From Alphaproteobacteria bacterium (GTDB lineage Bacteria > Pseudomonadota > Alphaproteobacteria > Caulobacterales > Aquidulcibacteraceae), in assembly GCA_031398975.1 (NCBI GenBank), contig JANNOI010000004.1:7961-71960 (forward strand): a stretch of DNA of 64,000 nucleotides. The letters are read 5' to 3'. The stretch's first letter is position 1. The number at the start of each line of letters is the position of its first letter. The position numbers were made by a program, and so were the translations under genes. Below the pieces are notes generated by a model. That model was not told the DNA's origin and did no database searches. It saw nothing but the letters and a program-made list of their open reading frames with translations. Of the stretch, positions 29,450 to 39,629 are shown piece by piece.

Positions 29450-31678
29450 TCACCCGCGGACCCGCACGACCTCGCGCGCGGCCTTGGAGGTGCGCATGGC
29501 GGCGACGATGTTGGTCAAGTGGCGCACGTCGGCGACCTCGATGTCGAAGCTGAAATCGAAGAATTCGGGCGAGCGGCGCATGGTGGCCACGTTCAGGATG
29601 TCGCCCTCATGCTCGGCGATGATGCGGCACAATTGCGCCAGCGCCCCGCGGGTATTCTCCACCGTGGCCACGATCCGCCCGGTGGCCAGAGCGTGGCGGC
29701 GCGCCTCCTCCGTCCAGCCCAGATCGATCCATTCCCCGCCCTCTTGCTCGAGCGCCTCCAGGCGCTCGCAATCGATCGTGTGCACCATTACGCCCTGGCC
29801 CGGCGCCTGCACGCCCACGATCCGGTCCCCCGGGATCGGCCAGCAGCATTCCGCGAAATGGAGGCTGACGCCCGCCGTCAAACCCCCGCCCTGCACGTAG
29901 AGCCGGGCGCGGCCGGGATGGATGGGGCTGCGGGCCTCCTCGGCGCGGGCCTTGGCCGCCAGGCCCGGGAACGCCGCCACCGCCACCGCCGAGCCCCGCA
30001 CCTGCCCCTCGCCCACGGCGGCGAATAGATTGGCCTCGCTGTCATAGCCCAGCCGGGCCACGGCCTCCGCCAGCGCCACATCGGCGAGCTCGTGGCCGTA
30101 CCGGTGGAAAGATTGCGCCACCAGATCGCGGCCCAGCCGCTCGAATTCCTCCCGCCGGGCCAGCCGCTCCAGCCGGCGCTGGGCGGATTTGGCCCGCCCG
30201 GTCTTGGTGAGGGAGGCCCAGCCGGGAACCGGCGCCGCGCGCTCGGCGCGCAGGATGTCCACCACGTCCCCATTATGCAGGGCCGTGCGCAGCGGGCGCT
30301 CCTGGCCGTTCACCCGGCACCCCACCGTCGTGTCCCCGATATCGGAATGGACGGCGTAGGCGAAATCCAGCGGCGTCGCCCCCTGCGGCAGCGCGATCAG
30401 CCGCCCCTTCGGCGTGAAGGCGAAGACGTGGTCCTGGTACATTTCGAGCTTCGCGTGCTCGAGAAACTCGTCCGGATCGCCGCCATGCTCGACGATCTCC
30501 AGAAGCGCGCGCACCGCCTCGCGCGCATCGAGGCCCTTGGAGGCGGAGCCTTCGGCGTCGAAGCCATAGGCTTCGTTCTTGTAGCGCCAGTGCGCGGCCA
30601 CGCCGAGTTCGGCGATATCGTCCATCTCCTCGGTGCGGATCTGGATTTCGACGCGCACATTGCCCGGCCCGATCACGGTGGTGTGGATCGAGCGATAGCC
30701 GTTGGGCTTCGGGTTGGAGATGTAATCCTCGAACGCCTCAGGCACGACGCGCCACGTCTGGTGGATGGCGCCGAGCGCGCGGTAGCACTCGTCGGCGCTG
30801 GGCAGGATGGCGCGAAAGGCGTAGATGTCGGCCAGGTCGGAGAATTGCACGCTCTTGCGCTGCAGCTTGCGCCAGATCGAATAGGGCTGCTTCTCGCGGC
30901 CATAGAGGCGCGCGCTCACCCCGCCGGCCTGCAATTTATCCCCCAGCGTACGCGTGATCTGGGCGACATTGGCGCCCTTCTCGGCGCGCAGCCACGCAAG
31001 GCGCGCCCGGATCGCCGCGCACGCCTCGGGATAGGCCTCCTCGAACGCCGCTTCCTCCAGCTCGCTCGACATCCGGTCCATGCCGATGCGCCGGGCCAGG
31101 GGGGCGTAGATATCGAGCGTCTCGTGCGCGATGCGGCGGCGCTTGTCGGGATTGGGCAGGTGGGAGAGCGTGCGCATATTGTGCAGCCGGTCCGCGAGCT
31201 TCACGAGGAGGACGCGCACGTCCTTCGCCAAGGCGAGCAGGAATTTCTGCAGATTGGCGGCTTGGGTGTTCTGGTCGGGCGAGAGTTCAAGGCGAGAGAG
31301 CTTCGTCACCCCCTCCACCAAAGCCGCGATCGGCTCGCCGAACATCTGGGCGATCTGCTCGCGGGTGACCTCGGTGTCCTCGATCGTATCGTGCAGCAGG
31401 CCGGCGACGATGGTGGCCGCGTCCAGGCGATACTCGGTGAGGATGCCCGCGACCTCGATCGGGTGCGCGAAATAGGGATCGCCCGAATGGCGCTTCTGCG
31501 CCCCGTGCATCACGGTGGCGAACACATAGGCCTTGTTGATCAGCGCCTCGTCGACGCCCGGATCATAGGCGCGGATGCGCTCCACCAGCTCGAACTGGCG
31601 TAGAAAGCGGGCGCGTTGGGGGGCCGGCGGCTCAACCGGGCGCGGGGGCGGGGGCGCAGCGATCAGATCGGCGCCCAT
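29450..31678 (-). CDS. spoT: Bifunctional (p)ppGpp synthetase/hydrolase (RelA/SpoT homologue)
   Basis: 742 aa. HD hydrolase domain ([17 protein letters not shown]...HDTIEDT), synthetase domain (YRSIHTTV), and TGS and ACT domains. Confidence 0.9.
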   Translation of the reverse strand: MGADLIAAPPPPRPVEPPAPQRARFLRQFELVERIRAYDPGVDEALINKAYVFATVMHGAQKRHSGDPYFAHPIEVAGILTEYRLDAATIVAGLLHDTIEDTEVTREQIAQMFGEPIAALVEGVTKLSRLELSPDQNTQAANLQKFLLALAKDVRVLLVKLADRLHNMRTLSHLPNPDKRRRIAHETLDIYAPLARRIGMDRMSSELEEAAFEEAYPEACAAIRARLAWLRAEKGANVAQITRTLGDKLQAGGVSARLYGREKQPYSIWRKLQRKSVQFSDLADIYAFRAILPSADECYRALGAIHQTWRVVPEAFEDYISNPKPNGYRSIHTTVIGPGNVRVEIQIRTEEMDDIAELGVAAHWRYKNEAYGFDAEGSASKGLDAREAVRALLEIVEHGGDPDEFLEHAKLEMYQDHVFAFTPKGRLIALPQGATPLDFAYAVHSDIGDTTVGCRVNGQERPLRTALHNGDVVDILRAERAAPVPGWASLTKTGRAKSAQRRLERLARREEFERLGRDLVAQSFHRYGHELADVALAEAVARLGYDSEANLFAAVGEGQVRGSAVAVAAFPGLAAKARAEEARSPIHPGRARLYVQGGGLTAGVSLHFAECCWPIPGDRIVGVQAPGQGVMVHTIDCERLEALEQEGGEWIDLGWTEEARRHALATGRIVATVENTRGALAQLCRIIAEHEGDILNVATMRRSPEFFDFSFDIEVADVRHLTNIVAAMRTSKAAREVVRVRG

Positions 31679-31682
31679 GGCC

Positions 31683-32033
31683 TCAATACCGCTCGTCGCG
31701 CTGGGCCTCCTGCTCGGCCTGGAGCGCGCGCAGCACTTCGTCCTCGCTGGTATTGGTGGGGGCGGTCAGCGCCAGGCGGTCCTGCTCGTCCTCGGCCTTG
31801 GCGGCGGGCTGGACGTCCTGGAAGCCCGCGATCAGGCTCTCGCGCACATCCTCGGGCCGCACAGCGTTTTCCGCGATCTCGCGCAGCGCCACCACCGGAT
31901 CCTTGTCCCGGTCCCGCTCCACAAGCGCTGCCGCGCCCGCGGAAATGGCGCGCGCGCGATGGGCGGCCAGCAGAACCAGCGAGAAGCGGTTCGGCACTTT
32001 ATCGACGCAATCTTCAACGGTGACGCGGGCCAA
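31683..32033 (-). CDS. rpoZ: DNA-directed RNA polymerase subunit omega
   Basis: [28 protein letters not shown]..., located directly upstream of spoT. Confidence 0.9.
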   Translation of the reverse strand: MARVTVEDCVDKVPNRFSLVLLAAHRARAISAGAAALVERDRDKDPVVALREIAENAVRPEDVRESLIAGFQDVQPAAKAEDEQDRLALTAPTNTSEDEVLRALQAEQEAQRDERY

Positions 32034-32064
32034 GGATGGGGGTCCCTTCGGTGAGGTGGACCTC

Positions 32065-32643
32065 TTACATAGCGGGGCGCCAGGGCTCCGCCAAGGCGCT
32101 GGCGTCGGCGGCGTCCAACCGGGTCACAAGATCGCCGATCGGCGCCCCGCCCGGGGGCAGGCGCCAGTCGGGCGCGATCTCCGCCAAGGGCTTCAGCACG
32201 AAGGCGCGGGCGTGGGCGTGGGGGTGGGGCAGGATCAGGTCCCCGAACCGCCCGGCGAGACCCTGGAAGTCCACGATATCAAGATCGAGCGTCCGCGGGC
32301 CCCAGCGCTCTGCCCGCACCCGCCCGAACGCCGCTTCGATGCGGGTGAGAATCGCATATAGCCCTTGCGGATCGAGGTGCGGGCAGTCTAGCTCGGCTAC
32401 AGCATTGAAATACGGGGGTTGATCGGAGCCGGGCGGCCAGGCGGGGCTTGTCCAGCAGCCGGAACGGGAGACGATGGCGAGCCCCTCCACCTGCCCCAGC
32501 GCCGCCAGCGCCGCGTGGAGCAGATCGGGCCCCGCAAGCGCCCGGAACGCCAGATTACTCCCCAGCCCCACATAGACCCGACCTGCCCGGTCGTTTCTGA
32601 AAGCCTGGCCGTGATGTGAAGGAAGCCGCGGAATGACCAACAC
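32065..32643 (-). CDS. folK: 2-amino-4-hydroxy-6-hydroxymethyldihydropteridine diphosphokinase
   Basis: [34 protein letters not shown]. The track start is a GTG overlapping the divergent NYN gene start, so the real start is probably further in. Confidence 0.8.
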   Translation of the reverse strand: MLVIPRLPSHHGQAFRNDRAGRVYVGLGSNLAFRALAGPDLLHAALAALGQVEGLAIVSRSGCWTSPAWPPGSDQPPYFNAVAELDCPHLDPQGLYAILTRIEAAFGRVRAERWGPRTLDLDIVDFQGLAGRFGDLILPHPHAHARAFVLKPLAEIAPDWRLPPGGAPIGDLVTRLDAADASALAEPWRPAM

Positions 32644-33247
32644 CCCTCTCGATCGCGCCCTGCAGGCAGGCGAGCGTGTGGCGCTTTTTATCGACGGCGC
32701 GAACCTCTATTCCGCCGCCCGCGCCGCCGGGTTCGACATGGATTACAAAAAGCTCCTGGAGGAGTTCAAGAAACGCACGCGCCTAATCCGGGCCTATTAC
32801 TACACCGCCCTGCTGGAGAACGAGGATTTCTCGCCCCTGCGGCCCTTGGTGGATTGGCTTGATTACAACGGCTACGCCGTGATCACCAAGCCCGCCCGGG
32901 AATATACCGACGCCAATGGCCGGCGCCGCGTGAAGGGGGATATGGACGTCGAGATCGCTGTCGATATGCTGGAGGTGGCCGCCTTCGTCGATCATATGGT
33001 GCTGTTCTCGGGGGACGGGGATTTCGTGCATCTTGTGGAGGCCTTGCAGCGGCGCGGCGTGCGGGTGAGCGTGGTGTCCACCGTGCGCTCCAACCCGCCC
33101 ATGGCGGCCGATGATCTCCGCCGCCAGGCGGACTTGTTCCTGGACCTGGCCGATATCGGCGCGCTGATCGGGCGCCCGCCGCGCGAGCGCGCCCCGGCCG
33201 ACCCTTATGACGACGACGAAGAACCGCGCGGCGGCGGGCGCCGGTGA
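32633..33247 (+). CDS. NYN-domain (LabA/DUF88) protein
   Basis: RVALFIDGANLY...GDMDVEIAVDML...VLFSGDGDFVHLVEALQRRGVRV, the classic LabA-like NYN motifs. Confidence 0.8.
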   Translation: MTNTPLDRALQAGERVALFIDGANLYSAARAAGFDMDYKKLLEEFKKRTRLIRAYYYTALLENEDFSPLRPLVDWLDYNGYAVITKPAREYTDANGRRRVKGDMDVEIAVDMLEVAAFVDHMVLFSGDGDFVHLVEALQRRGVRVSVVSTVRSNPPMAADDLRRQADLFLDLADIGALIGRPPRERAPADPYDDDEEPRGGGRR

Positions 33248-33879
33248 GCGCCCCGGAGGCGCCGCGCGACTGCCCGCTCTGCCCGCGCCTTGTGGCGTAC
33301 CGCCAGGACAATGCAGCCCGCGAGCCCGGCTGGTTCAACGGGGCGGTGCCCTCCTTCGGCGATCCCGCGGCGCGGCTTTTGATCGTGGGTCTCGCGCCCG
33401 GACGGCAGGGGGCCAACCGCACCGGGCGGCCCTTCACGGGCGACCATGCCGGGATCCTGCTCTACGCCACCCTGCTCAAATTCGGCTTCGCACGGGGGGC
33501 CTACCGCGCCGACCCGCAGGACGGGCTGATCCTGAACGACGTCATGATCACCAATGCGGTGCGCTGCGCGCCGCCCGCCAATAAGCCTCTGCCCGTGGAA
33601 GAAGCCGCCTGCCGGCCGTTCCTCGCCGCGCGGATCGCGGCGCTGCCGCGGCTGCGGGCGATTTTGGCGCTCGGCGAGGTGTCGCGGCGCAATGTGGGGC
33701 GTGCGCTTGGGGTCCGCGGGGCCCAGCCGGGCGGCGGGCACGGGGGCGAGGCCGATTTCGGCGCGCTGCGCGTCTTCCATTCCTATCATTGCTCGCGGCT
33801 CAACACGAACACCGGCCGCCTGACGCCGGCCATGTTCGAGGCGGTGTTCGCCCGCATTCACGCCTATCTGGCGGGCTGA
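33244..33879 (+). CDS. Uracil-DNA glycosylase superfamily protein (family 5 / UdgB-like)
   Basis: CPLCPRL..., GLAPGRQGANRTGRPFTGD (family-5-like motif A), and HCS near the C-terminus. The GTG start overlaps the NYN stop as GTGA. Confidence 0.7.
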   Translation: MSAPEAPRDCPLCPRLVAYRQDNAAREPGWFNGAVPSFGDPAARLLIVGLAPGRQGANRTGRPFTGDHAGILLYATLLKFGFARGAYRADPQDGLILNDVMITNAVRCAPPANKPLPVEEAACRPFLAARIAALPRLRAILALGEVSRRNVGRALGVRGAQPGGGHGGEADFGALRVFHSYHCSRLNTNTGRLTPAMFEAVFARIHAYLAG

Positions 33880-34352
33880 GCGTCGGGGCAGCGCGCGAGA
33901 TCGAAGGTCTGTTCCAGCCGGCCGGGGGTGAGGCTGAGCCGCGCCGAGCCGGTGCGGACGTCGGTGAAGCGGGCCGACACGGCGCGCAGGCGCCCTTCCG
34001 GGGTCCGCGCCAGCACCAGCACCCCGCGCCCGGCCCCCGCCGCCACCCCGCCAGCGCCCTGGGGCAGGCGATACTCGATCTCGATGCGCCGCTCCGGCCC
34101 CGCCCCGCGCACCGCGTACCGCGGCGCCGCCAGCAGCACGATGGTCTCCTGCGCAAAGCGCGCCCGCACGGCGTGGCGGTTGAAGGTGACGCCGAGACCC
34201 GCCTTGCAGGCGGCGAGGCTGGTGCTCCAGAGCCCGGAGAGGCTTTTGGGCGGCGGCGGAGCGCCGCACCCGGCCAACAAAAGCGCCGCCGCGCCCGCCC
34301 TCGCGCGCGCGTTTAAAAAAATCGGCTTGGAGTTGACGTTGGCGGTCCCCAT
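33864..34352 (-). CDS. Putative lipoprotein, unknown function
   Basis: Signal peptide with lipobox LLLAGC; no recognisable domain. Confidence 0.45.
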   Translation of the reverse strand: MGTANVNSKPIFLNARARAGAAALLLAGCGAPPPPKSLSGLWSTSLAACKAGLGVTFNRHAVRARFAQETIVLLAAPRYAVRGAGPERRIEIEYRLPQGAGGVAAGAGRGVLVLARTPEGRLRAVSARFTDVRTGSARLSLTPGRLEQTFDLARCPDAQPAR

Positions 34353-34415
34353 CGCGACCTCTGATCGCGCGCCGCCGAGCCTGGAGCTTGAGTGCGGCGC
34401 GTCGGGACCTCATGC

Positions 34416-35078
34416 ATGGATTCGCCGGTTTCGCCTCCGCCGCCGGGGCGCGCCACTCCGCCCAAGGCCTCCGCCTTGCTCGCCGAATTGCTGGACGCCT
34501 TCCCCAACGACCGCGTGACCGTGGGCGAAGTGCTGAGCCATCTGGAGGGGCGGGCCTTCGGCCTGCTGCTCCTGCTGCTCGCCCTGCCCAATTGCATCCC
34601 CAACATCCCCGGCCTTTCGACCATTTTCGGGGTGATGATGCTCGCCCCCGCGATCCAGCTGATCCTCGGACGCGGCGCGTTGTGGCTGCCCGAGCGGGTG
34701 CGCCGCTGGTCCTTCTCGCGCGAGGTGCTGCGGTTGACCATCAAGGGCGCGCTGCCGGTGCTGCGGCGGATCGAAGGCTTCATGAGCCCGCGCTGGACGG
34801 TATTGGTGCGCCCCCCCGCCACCCAGGTGCTGGGTTTGCAGACATTGGTGATGGCGCTGGTGCTGATGCTGCCCATCCCGGCGGGCAATTGGCCCCCGGG
34901 CATGACCGTGGCGGCCACCGCCTTGGCGCTGCTGCAGCGGGACGGGCGCCTCGCCCTTCTCAGCGTGCCGATGGCGATCGTTTCGCTAGGTGTGGCGTGG
35001 GTGGGGGTGCGTCTGGGCCTGGTGGCGCTGCAGGAACTGGATGACATCCTCCGCGCCCTGCTGGCCTGGCTCGGGTAG
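34416..35078 (+). CDS. Exopolysaccharide synthesis ExoD family membrane protein
   Basis: VTVGEVLSHLEGRAFGLLLLLLALPNCIPNIPGLSTIFGVMMLAPAIQLILGR matches the ExoD family signature. Start is ATG 34416, or the track GTG at 34392. Confidence 0.75.
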   Translation: MDSPVSPPPPGRATPPKASALLAELLDAFPNDRVTVGEVLSHLEGRAFGLLLLLLALPNCIPNIPGLSTIFGVMMLAPAIQLILGRGALWLPERVRRWSFSREVLRLTIKGALPVLRRIEGFMSPRWTVLVRPPATQVLGLQTLVMALVLMLPIPAGNWPPGMTVAATALALLQRDGRLALLSVPMAIVSLGVAWVGVRLGLVALQELDDILRALLAWLG

Positions 35079-35082
35079 CGGC

Positions 35083-35913
35083 TCAGCAGGTGCGTCTTGT
35101 GGTCCAGCCCAGGGGGCCGTCCGGGCCGGGGGCGGCTTCGCTGGTGAGGCATTCGCCCTTCGGCGCGGGGTCCGGCGCGCGGGTGAACAGGGGTTCGCGC
35201 TCGCCCTGCAGCACGTCGCGATCCCCGATCGCGCCCCAATAGCTCACTACCCCGCTGGCCTCGGCCCCGCACTCATAGCGCCCGCCGTCATTGTCCACGA
35301 GCCGCACGCTCGCATCGCCATTGTCGAGCAGATAGGCGATCGTGATCCGCCCCGGCGTACGCTCCACCCGCGCGAGGCACGCGTCGATGGCGGGCAGAAG
35401 CTCGCTCAGCACGCTCGTCCATTCGGGCGTCGTGCTGCTTGCGCCCACGCCGCGCCGGGCGCACCCCTCATAGCCCACGCCGTCGAAATCGACCTTGGCG
35501 AGATAGGGGAAAGTCTCGCCGGAGGCGTGCGTGCACTCGCCAATCTTCAACGTGACGATCAGCGGGCCCGCGACGATCAAGGCCCCGTTCGCGCGCGCCT
35601 CGCGCCGCACCGGCAGCGAGCCCGCCTCCGGCAGGCCGGGGCGCACGAACGCCACCCAATCGCTTAGAATGTCGAGGCGCCAGAAGGGCTCGGAGCCCAC
35701 GGCCTCGAACTCCCCCTCATACAGCGCCTGCACGTCCTTGCTCGCCGGCGGCCCCAGCGCTTCGATGGCGGCCTTCACATCGACCGGCGGGGGGCCTGCG
35801 GCCTGCCCGCTGGGCGATGCGTCCTCGCTTCCCCCGGAAGCCTCGCGCTGACAGCCCGCCGCCGCCGCCGCCAGCACGCACAGCGCCGCAATCCAGACCG
35901 CGTTCCGCACCAT
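35083..35913 (-). CDS. Putative lipoprotein, unknown function (SEPFW-motif, COG3650-like)
   Basis: Signal peptide with lipobox AAAAGC. Duplicated Cys-containing domains (..GSEPFWRLDI.., ..GECTHASGETFPY..GCARRG). Confidence 0.5.
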   Translation of the reverse strand: MVRNAVWIAALCVLAAAAAGCQREASGGSEDASPSGQAAGPPPVDVKAAIEALGPPASKDVQALYEGEFEAVGSEPFWRLDILSDWVAFVRPGLPEAGSLPVRREARANGALIVAGPLIVTLKIGECTHASGETFPYLAKVDFDGVGYEGCARRGVGASSTTPEWTSVLSELLPAIDACLARVERTPGRITIAYLLDNGDASVRLVDNDGGRYECGAEASGVVSYWGAIGDRDVLQGEREPLFTRAPDPAPKGECLTSEAAPGPDGPLGWTTRRTC

Positions 35914-35998
35914 GGCGTGAACTCCCCCAACCCTCCTCCAGCGCCAAAGCCCTCGATCCGGCGCTGGAGGTCGACCGCCTCTTCTCTATCATAGCCGA

Positions 35999-37123
35999 AT
36001 GCTGAGCGATTCACGCCACGCGTTTTACGAGTTCTTCGCCGGCGGGGGGATGGCGCGGGTGGGTCTTGGGCGAGACTGGCGGTGTCTGGCGGCGAATGAC
36101 TGGGACCCCGCCAAGGCCGCGGCCTATCGCGCCGTGTTCGCGGACGGGGCCATGCGCGAGGGCGATATCGCCGCGCTGACGCCGCAGGACCTGCCGGGCC
36201 GCGCCGATCTCGCCTGGGCCTCCTTTCCCTGCCAGGACCTGTCGCTGGCGGGGGCGCGCGAGGGGCTGGCCGGCGCGCGGTCTTCGAGCTTCTGGCGGTT
36301 CGCGGCCTTGATCGGAGCCCTTGCGCGCGAGGCGCGCGCGCCCCGGGCGCTGGCGCTGGAGAACGTGTCCGGGCTTTTGACGTCGGGCGGCGGCCGCGAT
36401 TTCGCGGCGCTGGCGGGGGCTCTGAACGCGCTCGGCTATCAGGTGGGTGCGCTCGCGGTGGATGCAGCGCTCTTCGTGCCGCAATCGCGCCCGCGCGTGT
36501 TCGTGATCGGCTATGCCGGCCGGTTTCCGGCGGGGTTCGTGCAAAGCGGGCCGGCGGCGCCCTTTCATAGCCGGGCCCTCGCGGAGGCGGCGCGCAGCGT
36601 GCGCAATTGGGCTTGGCTCCGCCTGCCCGCGCCGCCGCTCTCCAATCTGAGCCTGGCCGATGTGCTGGAGGCGGACGCCCCGTTCCGCCCTGCGGCGGAC
36701 GCCGCCCGGCTTATCGCCCTGATGGCTCCGGGCCAGCGGGCTCGTGTGGCCGAGCGTCTCCAGGACGGGCGCCGGCATGTGGGAACCGTGTTTCGCCGCA
36801 TCCGGCTGGAGGCGGGCGTTAAGGTGCAGCGCGCGGAGGCGCGCTTCGACGGGCGCGCGGGGTGCCTTCGCACGCCGGCGGGCGGCTCAAGCCGGCAAAG
36901 CCTGCTGGTGCTGGAGAACGGCCTGGCCCGCTCCCGCCTGCTGACGCCGCGCGAATGCGCGCGCCTGATGGGCCTGCCCGACGATTACCCGCTGCCGAAA
37001 ACCACCAACGCCGCCCTCCACCTCCTGGGGGACGGGGTGGCCGCGCCCGTCGTCTCCTGGCTCGCCCGCCACCTGCTGGAGCCCCTTCTGGCCGCGCCGG
37101 CGGCGCGGCGGGGGGCGGCGTGA
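35999..37123 (+). CDS. dcm: DNA (cytosine-5)-methyltransferase
   Basis: Motif I FYEFFAGGGM, motif IV ASFPCQDLSLAG, motif VI LENVSGL, motif VIII QSRPRVF, and TPRECARLMGLPDDY plus GDGVAAPV (IX/X). Confidence 0.9.
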   Translation: MLSDSRHAFYEFFAGGGMARVGLGRDWRCLAANDWDPAKAAAYRAVFADGAMREGDIAALTPQDLPGRADLAWASFPCQDLSLAGAREGLAGARSSSFWRFAALIGALAREARAPRALALENVSGLLTSGGGRDFAALAGALNALGYQVGALAVDAALFVPQSRPRVFVIGYAGRFPAGFVQSGPAAPFHSRALAEAARSVRNWAWLRLPAPPLSNLSLADVLEADAPFRPAADAARLIALMAPGQRARVAERLQDGRRHVGTVFRRIRLEAGVKVQRAEARFDGRAGCLRTPAGGSSRQSLLVLENGLARSRLLTPRECARLMGLPDDYPLPKTTNAALHLLGDGVAAPVVSWLARHLLEPLLAAPAARRGAA

Positions 37124-37545
37124 GCGACACGTTCGACGCGTCCGCCCGTTCGGCGGTGATGCGCGCGGTGCGCGGGCGCGACACGGGGCCGGAGCGGCGG
37201 GTGCGCACGCTTCTCACCGCCGCCGGCTACCGCTACCGCCTGCACCGCACCGACCTACCGGGCGCGCCCGACATCGTATTCCCCGGCCGCCGCGCCGTGG
37301 TGTTCGTGCACGGCTGCTTCTGGCACGGCCATGACTGCGCCCGCGGCGCCCGCCTGCCCAAGACCAACACGCCCTATTGGCGCGCCAAAATCGCCCGCAA
37401 CCGCGCCCGTGACGGCGAAAGCCTGCAGCGGCTCGCAACGCTGGGCTGGCGCGCGCTGGTGGTGTGGGAATGCGCGCTGAAGCCGGAAGAAACGCTCAAG
37501 CGGAGCCTTGAGGCGTTCCTTGCCGGCCCTGCCGAACTCAAATGA
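37120..37545 (+). CDS. vsr: Very-short-patch repair endonuclease
   Basis: RSAVMRAVRGRDTGPERRVRTLL...PGAPDIVFPGRRAVVFVHGCFWHGH...NTPYWRAKIARNRARD. GTG 37120 overlaps the dcm stop as GTGA; the track ORF start at 36862 lies inside dcm. Confidence 0.9.
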   Translation: MSDTFDASARSAVMRAVRGRDTGPERRVRTLLTAAGYRYRLHRTDLPGAPDIVFPGRRAVVFVHGCFWHGHDCARGARLPKTNTPYWRAKIARNRARDGESLQRLATLGWRALVVWECALKPEETLKRSLEAFLAGPAELK

Positions 37546-38131
37546 GATCCTGCGCCAGCGCTGCGCGCGCCTCGTCCGGCAGGATCGCCATGTGGCCGTA
37601 TTCGGGATGGTCGATCGCCAGCAGCACCCGCGCCCGGCCGGCTTTGAACAGCGCGGCCGCTTCCTCGTCCAGGCGGAAGTGGAGGAAATGTACGGAGGAG
37701 GTTTTGCCGTCCGCCTTCGTCCGCTCTACGTCGGTTTCGGCCTCGGCGGCGATCCGGCGCCCGTCGATTTCGAGGAAGATGTGGGTCTCCACACCCCCGA
37801 GCAGGGACAGCACCTGATGGCGCTTGCGCTCGTCCGGGATCTCGAACATCAGCGTCGCGCACAATTCGCGGCCCTGCGGGATCATCGGGTTGTAGGCGCT
37901 GAGTTCGTCCTCGATCTGGCTCTCGCCGCCCTTTTCGATGTGCAGCATCTCCAGCACCTGCTGCAGCATCGTCTCGTAGCTCTCGAAATAGAAAGTCGCG
38001 TACGGGCCTACCGACACGCGCCGGGCGCGCTTTAGGGCGATGGCGGCGGCGCGGCGGGCCTTGCGCTCGGCCGCGTAGAGTGCGGGATCGGGCAGGTCGG
38101 CGCGGGTGATACGACGCTCGGACACGGGCAT
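37538..38131 (-). CDS. DUF3501 family protein
   Basis: 197 aa (..VGPYATFYFESYETMLQQVLEMLHIEKG...AYNPMIPQGRELCATLMFEI..). Last gene of the rubrerythrin/Fe-S operon. Confidence 0.7.
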   Translation of the reverse strand: MPVSERRITRADLPDPALYAAERKARRAAAIALKRARRVSVGPYATFYFESYETMLQQVLEMLHIEKGGESQIEDELSAYNPMIPQGRELCATLMFEIPDERKRHQVLSLLGGVETHIFLEIDGRRIAAEAETDVERTKADGKTSSVHFLHFRLDEEAAALFKAGRARVLLAIDHPEYGHMAILPDEARAALAQDLI

Positions 38132-38142
38132 AAGTTTTCTCC

Positions 38143-39504
38143 TCAGCTTCCTACAAGCCCATAGGCGCGGGCGAAAATTTCGATCGGGTGGTAATTCTTC
38201 GGTCTTTCCGCGCCCTGGAGGGCGACGCCCTGGGCGATATGCTTGGCCGCCAGCGGGCAGTCGGACGCGACATAGGCCGCTTTCGATTGGGCCACGGTGC
38301 GCGCCACCGGCTTGCCCACCTTGAGCGCCACTTCATGGCTTCCCTTCATCACGCCGAACGTGCCGCCATGGCCGGAGCAACGCTCCACATGGGTAATCTG
38401 CGCGTCGGGGATCAGTTTCAGCATCTCCTGGGCTTTTGCGCCCATGTTCTGCGCGCGGGCGTGGCAGGCGTGGTGCAGCGCGACGGCGCCCTCGATCGGC
38501 TTCAGCCCGGGAGGCAGCCCCTCCTTGCGGGCGATATCAACGACATATTGGTCGATATCCTTGGTGGCGCGGGACAAGGCCTGCACGTCGGGATCGTCCG
38601 GCAGGATGAGCGGCCATTCGAATTTCAGCATCAACCCGCAACTGGCGATCAGCGCGATCACGTCGCGCCCCTCGTCGAGATAGGGCTTGAGCGCCGCCGC
38701 GACGCGCTTGGCCTTGCCGGCCACCGCGCCGATTTCGGCCTGCTCCAATTGCGGCATGCCGCAGCATTCGGGATAGGCCACCACGGTGTCGACGCCCAGA
38801 TGGGCGAGCACCAGGCGCGCGGCCTCCCCGATCTGGGGATTGTTATACTCCCCGAAACAGGTGGCGAAGATCACCGCCTTGCGGCCCGCCGCGGGGGCCG
38901 CGCCATTGGCCAGCGCCTGGCCCGCCTTGTCCTGGGCGCGCGCGACCTTGGTGAGGGTGCGGCTGTGATAGGCGGGAAGCTCGGCGCGGGCGTCGATGTC
39001 GAGCGCCTGCTCCAGCATGGCGCGGGCGAAGCCGTTCTTAACGTCGGCGCCCCAATTGGCCAGCGGCGCGATCGGGCCCACGAGCTTGCCGTTTCGATCG
39101 GTCTTGGAGAGTTCGCCCTGGACGATCTCGTGCTTCTTGCGCGGGGCGTTCGCGGCCTTCTGCGCGGCGCGGTAGCGCAGCATCAGGTGCGGGAAATCAA
39201 GCTCGAAGGGGTGGGGCGGCACATAGGGGCACTTGGTCATGAAGCAGAGGTCGCACAGCGTGCAGGCCTCGACGACCGGCGCGAACGCGCTCGATTCGAG
39301 GTCCTCGACCTCTCCGCCGGCCGTCGCGTCGATCAAGTCGAACAGGCGCGGAAAGCTGTCGCAGAGATTGAAGCAGCGCCGGCACCCGTGGCAGATGTCG
39401 AACACCCGCCGCATCTCCGCATCGAGCTTTACCGGATCAACCCAGTCCGGGTCCTGCCAGGGAATAGGTCGGCGAACCGGCGCTTCCAGACTACCTTCCG
39501 CCAT
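38143..39504 (-). CDS. (Fe-S)-binding oxidoreductase with 4Fe-4S and CCG (HdrD/GlpC-like) domains
   Basis: CHGCRRCFNLCDSFP and CTLCDLCFMTKCPYVPPH ferredoxin-type clusters; C-terminal Cys-rich CCG-type repeats (FATCFG..., HHACH...). Confidence 0.8.
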   Translation of the reverse strand: MAEGSLEAPVRRPIPWQDPDWVDPVKLDAEMRRVFDICHGCRRCFNLCDSFPRLFDLIDATAGGEVEDLESSAFAPVVEACTLCDLCFMTKCPYVPPHPFELDFPHLMLRYRAAQKAANAPRKKHEIVQGELSKTDRNGKLVGPIAPLANWGADVKNGFARAMLEQALDIDARAELPAYHSRTLTKVARAQDKAGQALANGAAPAAGRKAVIFATCFGEYNNPQIGEAARLVLAHLGVDTVVAYPECCGMPQLEQAEIGAVAGKAKRVAAALKPYLDEGRDVIALIASCGLMLKFEWPLILPDDPDVQALSRATKDIDQYVVDIARKEGLPPGLKPIEGAVALHHACHARAQNMGAKAQEMLKLIPDAQITHVERCSGHGGTFGVMKGSHEVALKVGKPVARTVAQSKAAYVASDCPLAAKHIAQGVALQGAERPKNYHPIEIFARAYGLVGS

Positions 39505-39580
39505 TCATTCCCCACAGAATGTCGCTGCCCGCCGGAGAGGTCGGGCATTTGGCCGAAACAGATTCGAAAAAATTGAGCAA

Positions 39581-39616
39581 GAACAGGCGCCGCCGAGCAA
39601 AGCCGGCGGCGCGTTC
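39581..39616 (-). terminator. Possible intra-operon intrinsic terminator/attenuator after the rubrerythrin gene
   Basis: On the minus strand: GC-rich stem GCGCCGCCG / CGGCGGCGC (extendable by AAGAAC/GTTCTT), followed after 5-8 nt by a T6 run (plus-strand A run 39567-39572). The U-tract is not immediately adjacent, so the call is tentative. Confidence 0.35.
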
Positions 39617-39629
39617 TTCACGGACGGAC

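Noticed and set aside
33205-34413. 402-aa minus-strand ORF across the UDG and lipoprotein genes
   Set aside because: Low-complexity shadow that conflicts with the motif-bearing UDG-family ORF on the plus strand.
35914-37560. Search for a restriction endonuclease partner of dcm-vsr
   Set aside because: No unassigned ORF of suitable size lies on either strand. The flanks are a lipoprotein gene and the DUF3501 operon.
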